Shown: in pieces, positions 41,965-51,001 of the stretch
Numbering within the stretch: position 1 is the first letter of the stretch
Layout of the letters: the number at the start of each line of letters is the position of its first letter
Notes under the pieces: generated by a model
Told to the model about the DNA's origin: nothing
The model's input: only the letters and a program-made list of their open reading frames with translations
Databases searched by the model: none
NCBI GenBank assembly: GCA_963836075.1
Contig: CAWIIB010000009.1
Location: 544,001-608,000 of the forward strand
From: an uncultured Acidobacteriota bacterium
GTDB taxonomy: Bacteria; Acidobacteriota; JAQAZP01
Reading direction: 5' to 3'
Length of the DNA stretch: 64,000 nucleotides
Position numbers and translations under genes: made by a program

Positions 41965-42079
41965 GTCCAACAAGCCCATTCACCTGTCAGCCAGGTGTCA
42001 CGGCCCTTGCTGAACACTTGGCCGTTCTTCTGCTGGCAACGGCCGTGCCACCTGTTGCAGGTGATGGGTGGCGTTATGT
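41965..42079 (+). repeat. attC family A
   Basis: GTCCAAC...GTTATGT. Confidence 0.9.
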
Positions 42080-42093
42080 TTGAAGAGAATGAT

Positions 42094-42561
42094 ATGGAAT
42101 CAATGAGGACCTTAAAAGCTATAGAAGGTTTTATACAGCTTGTTGAGCAAGAGGGCTTCCCTGATGAAGCGCAACTTAAATTGGCGCTTGATGAGCTTGC
42201 TCTTGCAAGCAATATATGCACAGATTTTGAATTTGATGAAAGAGAATTACCAGAGGCACCAGACCTCGATCAGATAAAAATTCGAGACATGGTCTATTCT
42301 AAATTTCCAGATTATGGAATGTATAATTTACCTGAAAAAGTTGGAGGCGATTTGTCTGAGACAGAATAAATGCTTGGCAGTGCCCATGACGACTTACAGG
42401 ACATTTACAGAGATCTAAAAGAAGTAAAATGGACTTGGGAAAATAATAGTGCCGAGGATGGAATGTGGTATTTTCATTGGGGCTATGACCATCATTGGGG
42501 AGCTCATTTAAGAAATCTTCAATGGTATCTATATAATTCAAGATACGAAGGAAGCAGATAA
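42094..42561 (+). pseudogene. DUF5063-like protein with in-frame TAA at 42367-42369
   Basis: Two contiguous same-frame ORFs; the C-terminal part has DDLQDIYRDL...HWGAH. Confidence 0.6.
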
Positions 42562-42564
42562 ATA

Positions 42565-42638
42565 ACATAACAAGGCAAATCAACTCGGATGCAATTTCCG
42601 CTGTGCTCCATTCGCACCGGTTATTTGCAGCGTTATGT
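42565..42638 (+). repeat. Short attC (74 bp, foreign type)
   Basis: ACATAAC...CAAAT...GTGCTCCATTCGCAC...ATTTG...GTTATGT. Confidence 0.85.
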
Positions 42639-42655
42639 TTCCATGAGAATATGTG

Positions 42656-43012
42656 ATGATTAATCGAGCAGCTGTCATATTAAAATACAAAGCTCCTGCG
42701 GTTAAATGGATAAATGAAGCGGATCCGAATGCCAAAGGGCGGGAGTTTGATATCTCGCTGGAATCGGTAAATGAGGAAAGGACTGTTTATCTTATACCTG
42801 AAGAAGATGCAGATAATGATGCTGCTTTTAAAAAGTGGATTCGAAGATACTACAGTACGCTTTTTGAGTGGGAACTTGAGGGCTGGTACACAGATGAAGA
42901 GATGTGGCCAAAGGACAGAACATTGGAGCTTTTCAACGAGTGGTTCGAGGTCCAGTGCCATACCGTTATTGAAGACACCGTGGGTGATCCGATAGAAGAT
43001 GACGAAACATAA
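42656..43012 (+). CDS. Acidic hypothetical protein (cassette)
   Basis: INRAAVILK...WYTDEEMWPKDRT...FNEWF; stop inside R''. Confidence 0.75.
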   Translation: MINRAAVILKYKAPAVKWINEADPNAKGREFDISLESVNEERTVYLIPEEDADNDAAFKKWIRRYYSTLFEWELEGWYTDEEMWPKDRTLELFNEWFEVQCHTVIEDTVGDPIEDDET

Positions 43013-43122
43013 CCATCCCATTCACCTGTCAGCCAGGTGTCACGGCCCTTGCTGAACAGATGGTCGTTATCCTGGTGGCAACGGCCGTGCCACCTGCCCA
43101 CAGGTGATGGTCGGCGTTAGCT
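43007..43122 (+). repeat. attC family A
   Basis: ACATAAC...GTTAGCT. Confidence 0.9.
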
Positions 43123-43143
43123 CGACTCCAGAGAGGAAGATTA

Positions 43144-43407
43144 ATGAAGGCATATGGGAAACCTTCTATCGATTCCATCCGCTCTTTTGAAACATCAGCT
43201 CTATCATGTGCAAAGACCACGGATCCGCCCCCAGGATCTTTCCATTTGGGAAGTGCATACGATACCTTCACTGGCCATTTTGCTTTTGGATGGGGGACTT
43301 TGGAATCCCAAACCGGTTCAGCAGGCATCGGATTTGGCCCTGGTGGAACCTCATATTCTGGATCATATATGGGCGCTTGTGGTATATGGATAACATTCAG
43401 CTCTTAA
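43144..43407 (+). CDS. 87-aa RiPP-precursor-like peptide (cassette)
   Basis: RBS AGAGGAAG; fills the cassette; YGKPSI leader-like motif; reading frame supported by the homolog at 57826-57939. Confidence 0.7.
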   Translation: MKAYGKPSIDSIRSFETSALSCAKTTDPPPGSFHLGSAYDTFTGHFAFGWGTLESQTGSAGIGFGPGGTSYSGSYMGACGIWITFSS

Positions 43408-43422
43408 GTTAATCGAATGATG

Positions 43423-43537
43423 AGCTAACAATCCCATTCACCTGTCGTCCAGGTGTCACGGCCCTTGCTGAACCACCGGTCGTTTTGCTGGCGGCAACGG
43501 CCGTGCCACCTGCCGCAGGTGATGGGTGGCGCTGTGC
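43423..43537 (+). repeat. attC family A with mutated R' (GCTGTGC)
   Basis: AGCTAAC...GCTGTGC; the next cassette's R'' GCACAAC implies ancestral GTTGTGC. Confidence 0.85.
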
Positions 43538-43560
43538 TATATAGAACGTGGACACCTCAT

Positions 43561-44976
43561 TTGAAACTGCGTCTCTCAATAATCCTCGGCATACTGACCG
43601 TGCTCCACCTTGGCGGCTGCAGGCCACACCTTGAGTCGCAAGAGTCTCAATCAGCGATCGCATTCGTCAACGTAAATGTTGTTCCGATGGATCGCAACGT
43701 CGTCCTTAAGAACCATACAGTTGTAGTGGAAGGAGACAGAATTCAATCACTTGCTCCTACCGCTTTACTGAATCCACCTCCCGGATCTACCATCATTGAT
43801 GGTAAGAACAAATACCTCATGCCTGGCCTTGCGGACATGCATGTTCATGTCATTGATAAGGACCAACTGATCCTGTTTATTGCCAATGGAGTGACAACCG
43901 TTCGCAATATGTGGGGCGAACCAAAACATCTCGAGTGGCGACAAGCTATCAGCGATAATCAACTCGTGGGACCAACGATCTACACTGCGGGAGCCATAAT
44001 CGACGGTGACCCGCCGGTCTTCCCGGAAAGTCAAGTTGTCACCTCCACCGAGCAGGCGCAGATCATCGTAGCCGAACAGAAAGCAGCCGGCTATGACTTC
44101 TTAAAAGTGTACAGCAATTTGTCCCTGGAAGCCTACGATGCTTTGGTCGCAGCTGCGAGCGCTCTGGAGATACCGATAGATGGACATGTACCGGCAGATG
44201 TCGGGCTCGAACATGTTCTGGCATCTCGGCAACGCTGTATCGAACACCTGGATGGTTACGAAACCGCTCTGGTTTCAGATAGTTGTGCACCTCTTGACCA
44301 GCGTGGCCTTGCGGCACTGATACTGGCGTGGACCGCTCTTGATCGGAGCAAATTCCCCGAGATTGTAAAGCAAACGCGGGAAGCTGGAACTTGGAATTGT
44401 CCGACGTTGATTGTATATGAAAAATGGGTGCCACCGGATAAGGCGACCGCGCTGCTCAAAGGCAAGGAATTCACATACCTGTCACCCGACGAGATTGAAT
44501 TTCACCATCCGAAGAACAACTACACAAATAGCTTTACCCCTGCGATGTTTGGTGACGTCGCAACTGGTAACCCAATCCGCAAGGAACTGACGAAAAGGCT
44601 TCATGAAGGGGGTGCCCGAATCCTTCTCGGAACAGATTGTGGCAATCCGCTAGTCGTGCCGGGATTCTCAACACATGAGGAGTTGCAGAACCTCGTTGAA
44701 GCAGGTCTCACGCCATACGAAGCTATCAAGGCAGGTACGCATGATGCAGCGGAGTTCTTTAACGCGCTGGAGGAGTTTGGGACTGTAGCCGTTGGCAGTC
44801 GAGCAGACTTGATTCTCGTTGAAGGCAATCCACTCGATGACGTGGCTAATGTTGGGAAGCGCATTGGTGTCATGGCCCGAGGGAGTTGGTATCCCGAGAG
44901 AGCTTTGAAGGCGCGGTTGGATAAACTGGCGGCACGTTATTCTCGCGAGACAATGCATAAAATGACGCCGAATTGA
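43561..44976 (+). CDS. Amidohydrolase-family lipoprotein (cassette)
   Basis: Lipobox LGGC, MPGLADMHVH, NGVTTVR, LLGTD, ADLILVEGNPL. Confidence 0.9.
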   Translation: MKLRLSIILGILTVLHLGGCRPHLESQESQSAIAFVNVNVVPMDRNVVLKNHTVVVEGDRIQSLAPTALLNPPPGSTIIDGKNKYLMPGLADMHVHVIDKDQLILFIANGVTTVRNMWGEPKHLEWRQAISDNQLVGPTIYTAGAIIDGDPPVFPESQVVTSTEQAQIIVAEQKAAGYDFLKVYSNLSLEAYDALVAAASALEIPIDGHVPADVGLEHVLASRQRCIEHLDGYETALVSDSCAPLDQRGLAALILAWTALDRSKFPEIVKQTREAGTWNCPTLIVYEKWVPPDKATALLKGKEFTYLSPDEIEFHHPKNNYTNSFTPAMFGDVATGNPIRKELTKRLHEGGARILLGTDCGNPLVVPGFSTHEELQNLVEAGLTPYEAIKAGTHDAAEFFNALEEFGTVAVGSRADLILVEGNPLDDVANVGKRIGVMARGSWYPERALKARLDKLAARYSRETMHKMTPN

Positions 44977-44986
44977 ATGGATGAAC

Positions 44987-45105
44987 GCACAACAATTGAA
45001 TTGAGCGGGCCGGGGATTCCATCCCCAGCGGTCAGGCGAATGGCTTGAGCCACCCACGCGCCGGATAAGCATCCGGCATCCCGGCCGCTCATTCTGTCGT
45101 TGGAC
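44987..45105 (+). repeat. attC (singleton)
   Basis: GCACAAC...TGAGCGGGCCGGG...CCGGCCGCTCA...GTTGGAC. Confidence 0.85.
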
Positions 45106-45214
45106 GGCAACTGGAGGAATAAGACAGTAAACGGACAGGGCAATATCCGTAAGACCTTCAATAACTATAGCTTGCCTCTTGTTTTATCGTATCATCACAT
45201 GATATAGTAAGACC

Positions 45215-45430
45215 ATGAAAAAGCACCGATCAAAAAGGCGAGTAACCAGCAGAATCATTCGAAAGGGTGTAGCTACTGGCCGTCTCACAGAAGGTCAGCT
45301 CTCTACCCCTGCTGATCGAATTGAAGCCGTATGGGAACTCACGCTTTTATGCCATGCATGGTTGAGTGAATCTTTAGATGAACCGCGACTTCAAAGATCT
45401 CATAGCAGAGTTAAACGCACAAGGGGTTGA
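45215..45430 (+). CDS. Small basic protein upstream of a nucleotidyltransferase
   Basis: TPADRIEAVWELT...PRLQR; overlaps the next gene. Confidence 0.6.
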   Translation: MKKHRSKRRVTSRIIRKGVATGRLTEGQLSTPADRIEAVWELTLLCHAWLSESLDEPRLQRSHSRVKRTRG

Positions 45431-45830
45431 GTTCATAGTGGTTGGTGCTCATGCCTTGGCAGCTCATGGCTTTGTACGAGCAACTCAAGACCTAGATATT
45501 TGGATTCGACCAAGCCTTGATAACGCCCAGAAGGTAATAATTGCACTTAAAAGCTTTGGTGCACCTCTTCACGATCTTACGGAAGACGACCTTATCAATG
45601 AAGACGTCGTCTTCCAAGTTGGTCTCCCACCTATCCGAATAGATATTCTCACTGCAATTGATGGTGTTTCATTCGGGGAGGCCTGGGAGGATCGCTTCCA
45701 TACTAAATTTTCAGGTCTTCCAATATCTGTTTTATCCAAACCCCTGTTGCTAAAAAACAAACGTGCCTCAGGCCGAAAACAAGATCTCGCTGATGTTGAG
45801 AGGTTGGAAAACCTTGAAGATACTGAGTAA
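45378..45830 (+). CDS. Nucleotidyltransferase-fold protein (DUF6036-like)
   Basis: VVGAHALAAHGFVRATQDLDIWI, KRASGRKQDLAD. Confidence 0.85.
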   Translation: MNRDFKDLIAELNAQGVEFIVVGAHALAAHGFVRATQDLDIWIRPSLDNAQKVIIALKSFGAPLHDLTEDDLINEDVVFQVGLPPIRIDILTAIDGVSFGEAWEDRFHTKFSGLPISVLSKPLLLKNKRASGRKQDLADVERLENLEDTE

Positions 45831-45862
45831 TATTGAAATCAGTAGTATTTTGATAATCCACC

Positions 45863-46011
45863 GTCCAACAACCACATTCAACGGTCAAGCCGATTTCGTC
45901 ACGCTGGTTGCAATCCGCACGTTTGGTCAAAAGGCTCGCGCCGACGCTATCGGGCATTGCGAAGGCAACCATCTCGCCGACTCGGCTTGCCGCTGATGTG
46001 GAGCGTTAGCT
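45863..46011 (+). repeat. attC family B
   Basis: GTCCAAC...GTTAGCT. Confidence 0.9.
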
Positions 46012-46028
46012 TTGCACGGAGATGAGAT

Positions 46029-46601
46029 ATGGCAAATAGAAGGGTAGTAATATTTCTTACCACAATACTTTTCTCCAGCCTCCTTTCGTTGTCGTATGGA
46101 TTGCGCGATTTGGAAATTGTCCCAGATGGGGATATGCCTAATGTGGTTCCTTTGTATGTATTTGGTGAGCCCATTTCATTACGAATGATATTGATCAATT
46201 TGGGCCCTGATGAAGTGCTCACCTTTTTAAACTATCATGAGAATGAAGATAAGACTGATGAAATATGCGGGCTTACCGTGCGAGTCGTAGAGGATTCGGG
46301 GAAAGTCCTTACAAGACATGACATCTTTCCATCTGATCCTGGCAGAAGCGATTGGTGGACATTTAAGTACCTGGAATCTACTGCATACGAGATGGGCTCA
46401 GATGGGCAGGTGTCAAGTAAGGTTCATATATTGGATCCTGGGACTTCCGCCTCATGCATATTTAGGCTTGATAAGGTTCTCAGAGATGCCCCTGGACTCA
46501 GTGGACCACTTGTTCCTGGCTACTATGATGTCCAGGTATCATATGATCAACTGACATCAAATATTCTTCGAATTCAAATAGTAAATGAGATCCAGAAGTG
46601 A
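46029..46601 (+). CDS. Secreted hypothetical protein, Ig-like (cassette)
   Basis: Signal peptide; GEPISL...LDPG...PGYYDVQV...SNILRIQI. Confidence 0.7.
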   Translation: MANRRVVIFLTTILFSSLLSLSYGLRDLEIVPDGDMPNVVPLYVFGEPISLRMILINLGPDEVLTFLNYHENEDKTDEICGLTVRVVEDSGKVLTRHDIFPSDPGRSDWWTFKYLESTAYEMGSDGQVSSKVHILDPGTSASCIFRLDKVLRDAPGLSGPLVPGYYDVQVSYDQLTSNILRIQIVNEIQK

Positions 46602-46607
46602 GTGGCA

Positions 46608-46723
46608 AGCTAACCATCCCATTCACCTGTCGATCAGGTGTCACGGCCCTTGCTTGACAAACGGTCGCTCTTCTGGTGGCAACGGCCGTGCCACCTGTCC
46701 GCAGGTGATGGGTGACGTTGGCC
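46608..46723 (+). repeat. attC family A
   Basis: AGCTAAC...GTTGGCC. Confidence 0.9.
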
Positions 46724-46745
46724 TCCAAATAATTGAAATAAAGTA

Positions 46746-46781
46746 TTGACGAAGTGTAGCCGATAGGCTACATTGTAAGTG
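46746..46781 (+). promoter_or_regulatory. TA promoter, probably leaderless, with operator
   Basis: TTGACG-17-TACATT-7 nt-ATG; TGTAGCC...GGCTACA. Confidence 0.7.
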
Positions 46782-47072
46782 ATGGTAGAGATACGAAAAA
46801 CAGCAAACTTTGTTAAGTGGATTGACGGGTTACGTGACATTCGTGCCCGTGCTCGAGTGCAAGCGAGAATCGAACGCCTTGCCCTCGGACATACAGGCGA
46901 CGCAAAACCGGTGGGCGAAGGGGTATCAGAGCTGAGGATCGATTATGGTCCTGGATATCGAGTCTACTGCAAGAAGCAGGGCCAAACATTGATTGTTCTG
47001 CTAGCCGGCGGCGATAAACGGACTCAAAGCCGGGACATTAAGACTGCCCTGCGCCTCGCGCGTGACCTCTAG
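46782..47072 (+). CDS. RelE-like addiction module killer (HI1419-like)
   Basis: GDAKPVGEGVSELRIDYGPGYRVY...LLAGGDKRTQSRDI. Confidence 0.92.
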   Translation: MVEIRKTANFVKWIDGLRDIRARARVQARIERLALGHTGDAKPVGEGVSELRIDYGPGYRVYCKKQGQTLIVLLAGGDKRTQSRDIKTALRLARDL

Positions 47073-47082
47073 GAGATTGACT

Positions 47083-47382
47083 ATGAGTAAAACAAAAACC
47101 ACTCGATACGATGTAGCCGAGCACCTTAGGACACCAGAAGAAATGGCAGCATACCTGGAAGCTTGTTTTGAAGAGTCCGAAGGAGATGCGTCATTCATAG
47201 CTAAAGCGCTCGGCGATATTGCTCGCGCTAAAGGCATGACACAAGTTGCGCGCGATGCCGGTCTTTCCCGGGAAAGCCTATACAAGGCTCTATCGGGAGA
47301 GCGTACACCAAGCTTCGATACGATTCTTAAGGTTATCAAGGCACTCGGTATTGAACTGCATGCTGCTCCGGTACAAACCTGA
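47083..47382 (+). CDS. Addiction module antidote HTH protein (HI1420-like)
   Basis: ALGDIARAKGMTQVARDAGLSRESLYKALS. Confidence 0.92.
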   Translation: MSKTKTTRYDVAEHLRTPEEMAAYLEACFEESEGDASFIAKALGDIARAKGMTQVARDAGLSRESLYKALSGERTPSFDTILKVIKALGIELHAAPVQT

Positions 47383-47390
47383 AACGGCGA

Positions 47391-47536
47391 GGCCAACAAC
47401 CACATTCAACGGTCAAGCCGATTCCGTCACGCTGTTTGCAAACCGTGCGGTCAATCAAAAGGCTCGTTAGGTCCCTTCACGGCATTGCCAAAGCAACCAG
47501 CGCGCCGGGGCTTGCCGCTGATGTGGGGCGTTAGCT
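47391..47536 (+). repeat. attC family B
   Basis: GGCCAAC...GTTAGCT. Confidence 0.9.
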
Positions 47537-47549
47537 CGCTAGAAAAGAA

Positions 47550-47786
47550 ATGGAATTTATCGAGACTATCCTGACGTTTCTGTCCATATTTTGTGTCGTG
47601 GTCTCATTCGCCATCTTCATCATAGTCGGCATTAGTCATGGTGGTGGGCTATACATGTCGCCTTCTGATCCTGCTCTAGTGAACGAGATCAGCAAGACGG
47701 GGATCAGGTGGTTCATCGCAGCTTTTTTCTTGATGCTGATAGGTATCGCATCGCTAATACTACTGGTTTTGATAGCCTTGCAATAG
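47550..47786 (+). CDS. Small two-TM membrane protein (cassette)
   Basis: Hydrophobic ORF at cassette start. Confidence 0.6.
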   Translation: MEFIETILTFLSIFCVVVSFAIFIIVGISHGGGLYMSPSDPALVNEISKTGIRWFIAAFFLMLIGIASLILLVLIALQ

Positions 47787-47871
47787 AAACGCTCTCAGTT
47801 CCTGCGTGAGAGAGACGGACGGGGCCATAGGTAACAGTAGAGTCCACGCACATGGGTAACATAAAAGTCCG

Positions 47872-48018
47872 AGCTAACAACCACATTCAACGGCCAAGCC
47901 GATGCCGTCACGCCGGTTGCAGACCGCGCGGCAAATCAAACAACCCGTTTCAGCCCTTCCTGGCTTTGAAAAAGCAACCAGCGCGCCGGCGGCTTGCCGC
48001 TGATGTGGAGCGTTCGGT
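47872..48018 (+). repeat. attC family B
   Basis: AGCTAAC...GTTCGGT. Confidence 0.9.
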
Positions 48019-48035
48019 CGATTAGAAATAAAACC

Positions 48036-48074
48036 TTGACAGGAAAACAATATCACCGTATCTTACTAGTAAGA
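48036..48074 (+). promoter_or_regulatory. TA promoter with operator
   Basis: TTGACA-17-TATCTT; TCTTAC-TA-GTAAGA. Confidence 0.65.
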
Positions 48075-48095
48075 CCCTAAACTTGGAGGTTCCTG

Positions 48096-48359
48096 ATGAG
48101 TTCACTAGCCACAACCAAAATGTCCTCGAAAGGACAAGTCGTTATTCCGGAAGAGGTTCGTAAGCGCTTAGGGCTTGAGCCCGGAACACAGTTCGTTGTC
48201 ATCGGCGATAAGGAAGCCGTTGTCCTCAAGATACTATCGCCTCCATCGATGGATGAATTTGATGAGCTGATTTCAAAGGCACGCCGTCAGGCCAAGCAAG
48301 CCGGAATGAAGAAATCTGACATTCAAAAAGCTGTTGCGAAGTCTCGGAGCAAAAAGTGA
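48096..48359 (+). CDS. AbrB/MazE-type antitoxin
   Basis: TTKMSSKGQVVIPEEVRKRLGL. Confidence 0.9.
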   Translation: MSSLATTKMSSKGQVVIPEEVRKRLGLEPGTQFVVIGDKEAVVLKILSPPSMDEFDELISKARRQAKQAGMKKSDIQKAVAKSRSKK

Positions 48360-48760
48360 ACATCGTCCTTGACACAAATGTGTTCGTGTCAGGCATTTTC
48401 TATTCCGGGCCTCCATACCAAATCCTCCAAGCCTGGCGCGATCGTATCGTTCAGATTGTCACTTCACCCGAGATCCTCGATGAGTACACACGGGTTCTTG
48501 AAGAACTCGGAACACAGCATCCGGAAATTTCCATCCTACCCATCATCGATTTTCTAACCCTTCATACACATATCGTCCTTGCCCCACCGTTGCAGACTGC
48601 CGTTTGTACTGATCCGGACGATGACATGTTCTTCGCTTGCGCAGTCGCAAGTAAAACGAAGCTCATTGTAAGCGGTGACAAGCACTTGCTCTCATGTGAT
48701 GGTTATAAAGGTATTGAGGTTTTGAAACCCAGAGCGTTTGTTGAAAATTACTCGCTATAA
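48356..48760 (+). CDS. PIN-domain toxin
   Basis: IVLDTNVFVSG, CTDPDDDMF, IVSGDKHLL. Confidence 0.92.
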   Translation: MNIVLDTNVFVSGIFYSGPPYQILQAWRDRIVQIVTSPEILDEYTRVLEELGTQHPEISILPIIDFLTLHTHIVLAPPLQTAVCTDPDDDMFFACAVASKTKLIVSGDKHLLSCDGYKGIEVLKPRAFVENYSL

Positions 48761-48769
48761 GAAAGACCG

Positions 48770-48883
48770 ACCGAACCATCCCATTCACCAGGCAGCCAGG
48801 TGTCACGGCCCTTGCTAACTGACGGTCGCTTCCCTGGTGGCAACGGCCGTGCCACCTGCCGCAGGTGATGGGTGACGTTATGC
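48770..48883 (+). repeat. attC family A
   Basis: ACCGAAC...GTTATGC. Confidence 0.9.
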
Positions 48884-48895
48884 AGGAATAGTGAT

Positions 48896-49372
48896 ATGAA
48901 GCATGTAGTTTATCTTGTATTTCTATTGTCCTTTTCATGTTGTCTACATGGACAGACGCAATCAAATATGCTCGATGAATTGATACTAAATCGAGCCAAA
49001 TGGGAGGCTCTTGGTTTAACCGACTATGATATTCAGATTAAAGATGACACATGCTGGTGTATGCATGCACTGGGTTATGGGCCTATAAAATCTTACGTGA
49101 GGAATGACCAAATACGATCTTCATACTATTTGGGTGAGCGCCGAGACGGTTATAAGAATGGTGACAGGATAAGAGAGAGTTCTCATCTGATAAAGACAAT
49201 AAAGGACCTTTTTGAGTTAGCGGAACTAAGAATCAGGAAAGCATCACCTGAAGCGATTAGCATCAAGTACGATGAGGTATATGGTTTTCCTTCAGTGATT
49301 GACTACGATGAGCCAGAGTGGGCCGATGAGCAGTCCCGGTTGATTGTAGTGTCCTTCAAGGCAAGGAAATAG
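48896..49372 (+). CDS. DUF6174-like secreted protein (cassette)
   Basis: RAKWEALGLTDY...CWC...TIKDLF...YDEVYGFPS...ADE. Confidence 0.75.
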   Translation: MKHVVYLVFLLSFSCCLHGQTQSNMLDELILNRAKWEALGLTDYDIQIKDDTCWCMHALGYGPIKSYVRNDQIRSSYYLGERRDGYKNGDRIRESSHLIKTIKDLFELAELRIRKASPEAISIKYDEVYGFPSVIDYDEPEWADEQSRLIVVSFKARK

Positions 49373-49377
49373 AAACT

Positions 49378-49493
49378 GCATAACAAACCCATCCACCTGC
49401 TGTCCAAGTGTCAGGGCCCTTGCTGAACAGGCGGTCGCTTTCCTGGTGGCAACGGCCGTGCCACCTGCCCGCAGGTGATGGGTGACGTTAGGG
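49378..49493 (+). repeat. attC family A
   Basis: GCATAAC...GTTAGGG. Confidence 0.9.
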
Positions 49494-49525
49494 TAAACCA
49501 ATTTAATGAAGCCAACAGAAATCTC

Positions 49526-49554
49526 TTGACTTTCAGCGATAACGTGATTACATT
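49526..49554 (+). promoter_or_regulatory. mazEF promoter
   Basis: TTGACT-17-TACATT. Confidence 0.6.
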
Positions 49555-49579
49555 GTAGTTACCGACTGGAGGTAACAAG

Positions 49580-49831
49580 ATGAAGACAAAAATAGTGAAA
49601 ATTGGCAATTCTCAGGGTGTTCGCATTCCCAAACCTCTAATCGAGCAAACAGGCTTGTCTGACGAGGTTGAAATCAGCATCCAAGGAGACACCCTCGTTA
49701 TCAGTGTGGCTCATAGGCCGCGTGAAGGCTGGGAAGTTTCCTTCCAGGCCATGGCTGATGAAGGTGCAGATTCTCTGCTGGATGATACCCTTCAAACTTC
49801 TGCGTGGGATGATGAGGAGTGGGAATGGTAA
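49580..49831 (+). CDS. mazE: MazE/AbrB antitoxin
   Basis: KIVKIGNSQGVRIPK...WDDEEWEW. Confidence 0.92.
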   Translation: MKTKIVKIGNSQGVRIPKPLIEQTGLSDEVEISIQGDTLVISVAHRPREGWEVSFQAMADEGADSLLDDTLQTSAWDDEEWEW

Positions 49832-50148
49832 TCAATCGCTTCGACGTCTATCTTGTCAACCTTGATCCGACCGTCGGAAGTGAAATCAAGAAGACGCGCC
49901 CCTGCCTAGTCATATCCCCTGATGAGATGAATCATCATATCCGCACTTTGATCGTCGCTCCGATGACAACCAAAGGAAAGCCCTATCCAAGCAGGGTGAA
50001 ATGTAGGTTTAAGGGAAAATCTGGCCTTATTGTTCTAGACCAAATCCGGACGATTGACGCCAACCGAATCGTAAAGAGACTCGGACGTATCAATAAGCAA
50101 ACCGAAGTGAAGGTTTTAGATCTTCTTGGTGAGATGTTTGCACCATAG
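49825..50148 (+). CDS. mazF: MazF/PemK toxin
   Basis: LDPTVGSEIKKTRPCLVISPDEMN, DQIRTID. Confidence 0.93.
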   Translation: MVINRFDVYLVNLDPTVGSEIKKTRPCLVISPDEMNHHIRTLIVAPMTTKGKPYPSRVKCRFKGKSGLIVLDQIRTIDANRIVKRLGRINKQTEVKVLDLLGEMFAP

Positions 50149-50156
50149 AAAGGTCA

Positions 50157-50273
50157 CCCTAACCATCCCATACACCTGGCAGCCAGGTGTCACGGCCCTT
50201 GCTAAGCAGCCAGCCGTTTTAGCTGGGGTCAACGGCCGTGCCACCTGTCCGCAGGTGATGGGTTGCGTTAGGC
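50157..50273 (+). repeat. attC family A
   Basis: CCCTAAC...GTTAGGC. Confidence 0.9.
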
Positions 50274-50307
50274 TCCATTTACTTAGATAAACGAGCAACG
50301 GGAGGGA

Positions 50308-50526
50308 GTGGCTCACATGAACAGACCGGTAGTGGTTATTGGGATTGTTATCATCGTCAACGCGTGCATTTGGGGATTCACCATGATCATGGCATCCCGT
50401 GCACTCAGCGGTACTGGAGCATATGAGCAGATACAGAACATCCTTGCCGCTGGCGCCGCTTCGTCGCTCATCGTGGTGGGTGGAGGTCTTGGCGGTCTGG
50501 TCACGCGCTTGAAGTCGAAGGAGTGA
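50308..50526 (+). CDS. Small membrane protein (cassette)
   Basis: RBS GGGAGG; two hydrophobic segments. Confidence 0.6.
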   Translation: MAHMNRPVVVIGIVIIVNACIWGFTMIMASRALSGTGAYEQIQNILAAGAASSLIVVGGGLGGLVTRLKSKE

Positions 50527-50529
50527 CCA

Positions 50530-50591
50530 CCGCCTGCTTGCCGGCCGGGTTGTGTGCGAGTGGGTTCGCTGCAACCTAATTGTCGTTAGGC
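50530..50591 (+). repeat. Degenerate attC remnant (R' retained)
   Basis: GTTAGGCTT at 50585 matches the downstream R'' AAGCCTAAC; no clear R'' of its own. Confidence 0.5.
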
Positions 50592-50611
50592 TTTCATGTG
50601 AGAGGAATTCA

Positions 50612-50779
50612 ATGAAAAAGCTACCTCTCCTTTTCGCGGTTATCAGCTTCATCCTTGCGATTGTCATTTTCTTCGGAACTGAAGGGTATCGGGCCATCTA
50701 CAGTGGGCTGTTCTTTTTCTTGATATCTGTTGTGTTTCTTTGCAGAGCTCGGAAGCGTGGACAGAAAGCCCCAGAGTAA
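50612..50779 (+). CDS. Small two-TM membrane protein (cassette)
   Basis: RBS GAGAGGA; MKKLPLLFAV... Confidence 0.6.
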   Translation: MKKLPLLFAVISFILAIVIFFGTEGYRAIYSGLFFFLISVVFLCRARKRGQKAPE

Positions 50780-50812
50780 TCCTGTTGCCAGTGAGCACTC
50801 ATTGAGGGTGAA

Positions 50813-50927
50813 GCCTAACAAGCCCATGCACCTGGCAGTCATGTGTCACGGCCCTTGCTAAGCATCCGGTCGTTCATCTTGTGGCAATGACCGTGCCACC
50901 TGCCGCAGGTGATGGGTAACGTTGGCC
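50813..50927 (+). repeat. attC family A
   Basis: GCCTAAC...GTTGGCC. Confidence 0.9.
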
Positions 50928-51001
50928 CTAAAGAAATGACTTGACGGAACGTCATCGATGGATATATTGTAATACTATAGCCTATCGATGGAGGGCATGG
51001 C

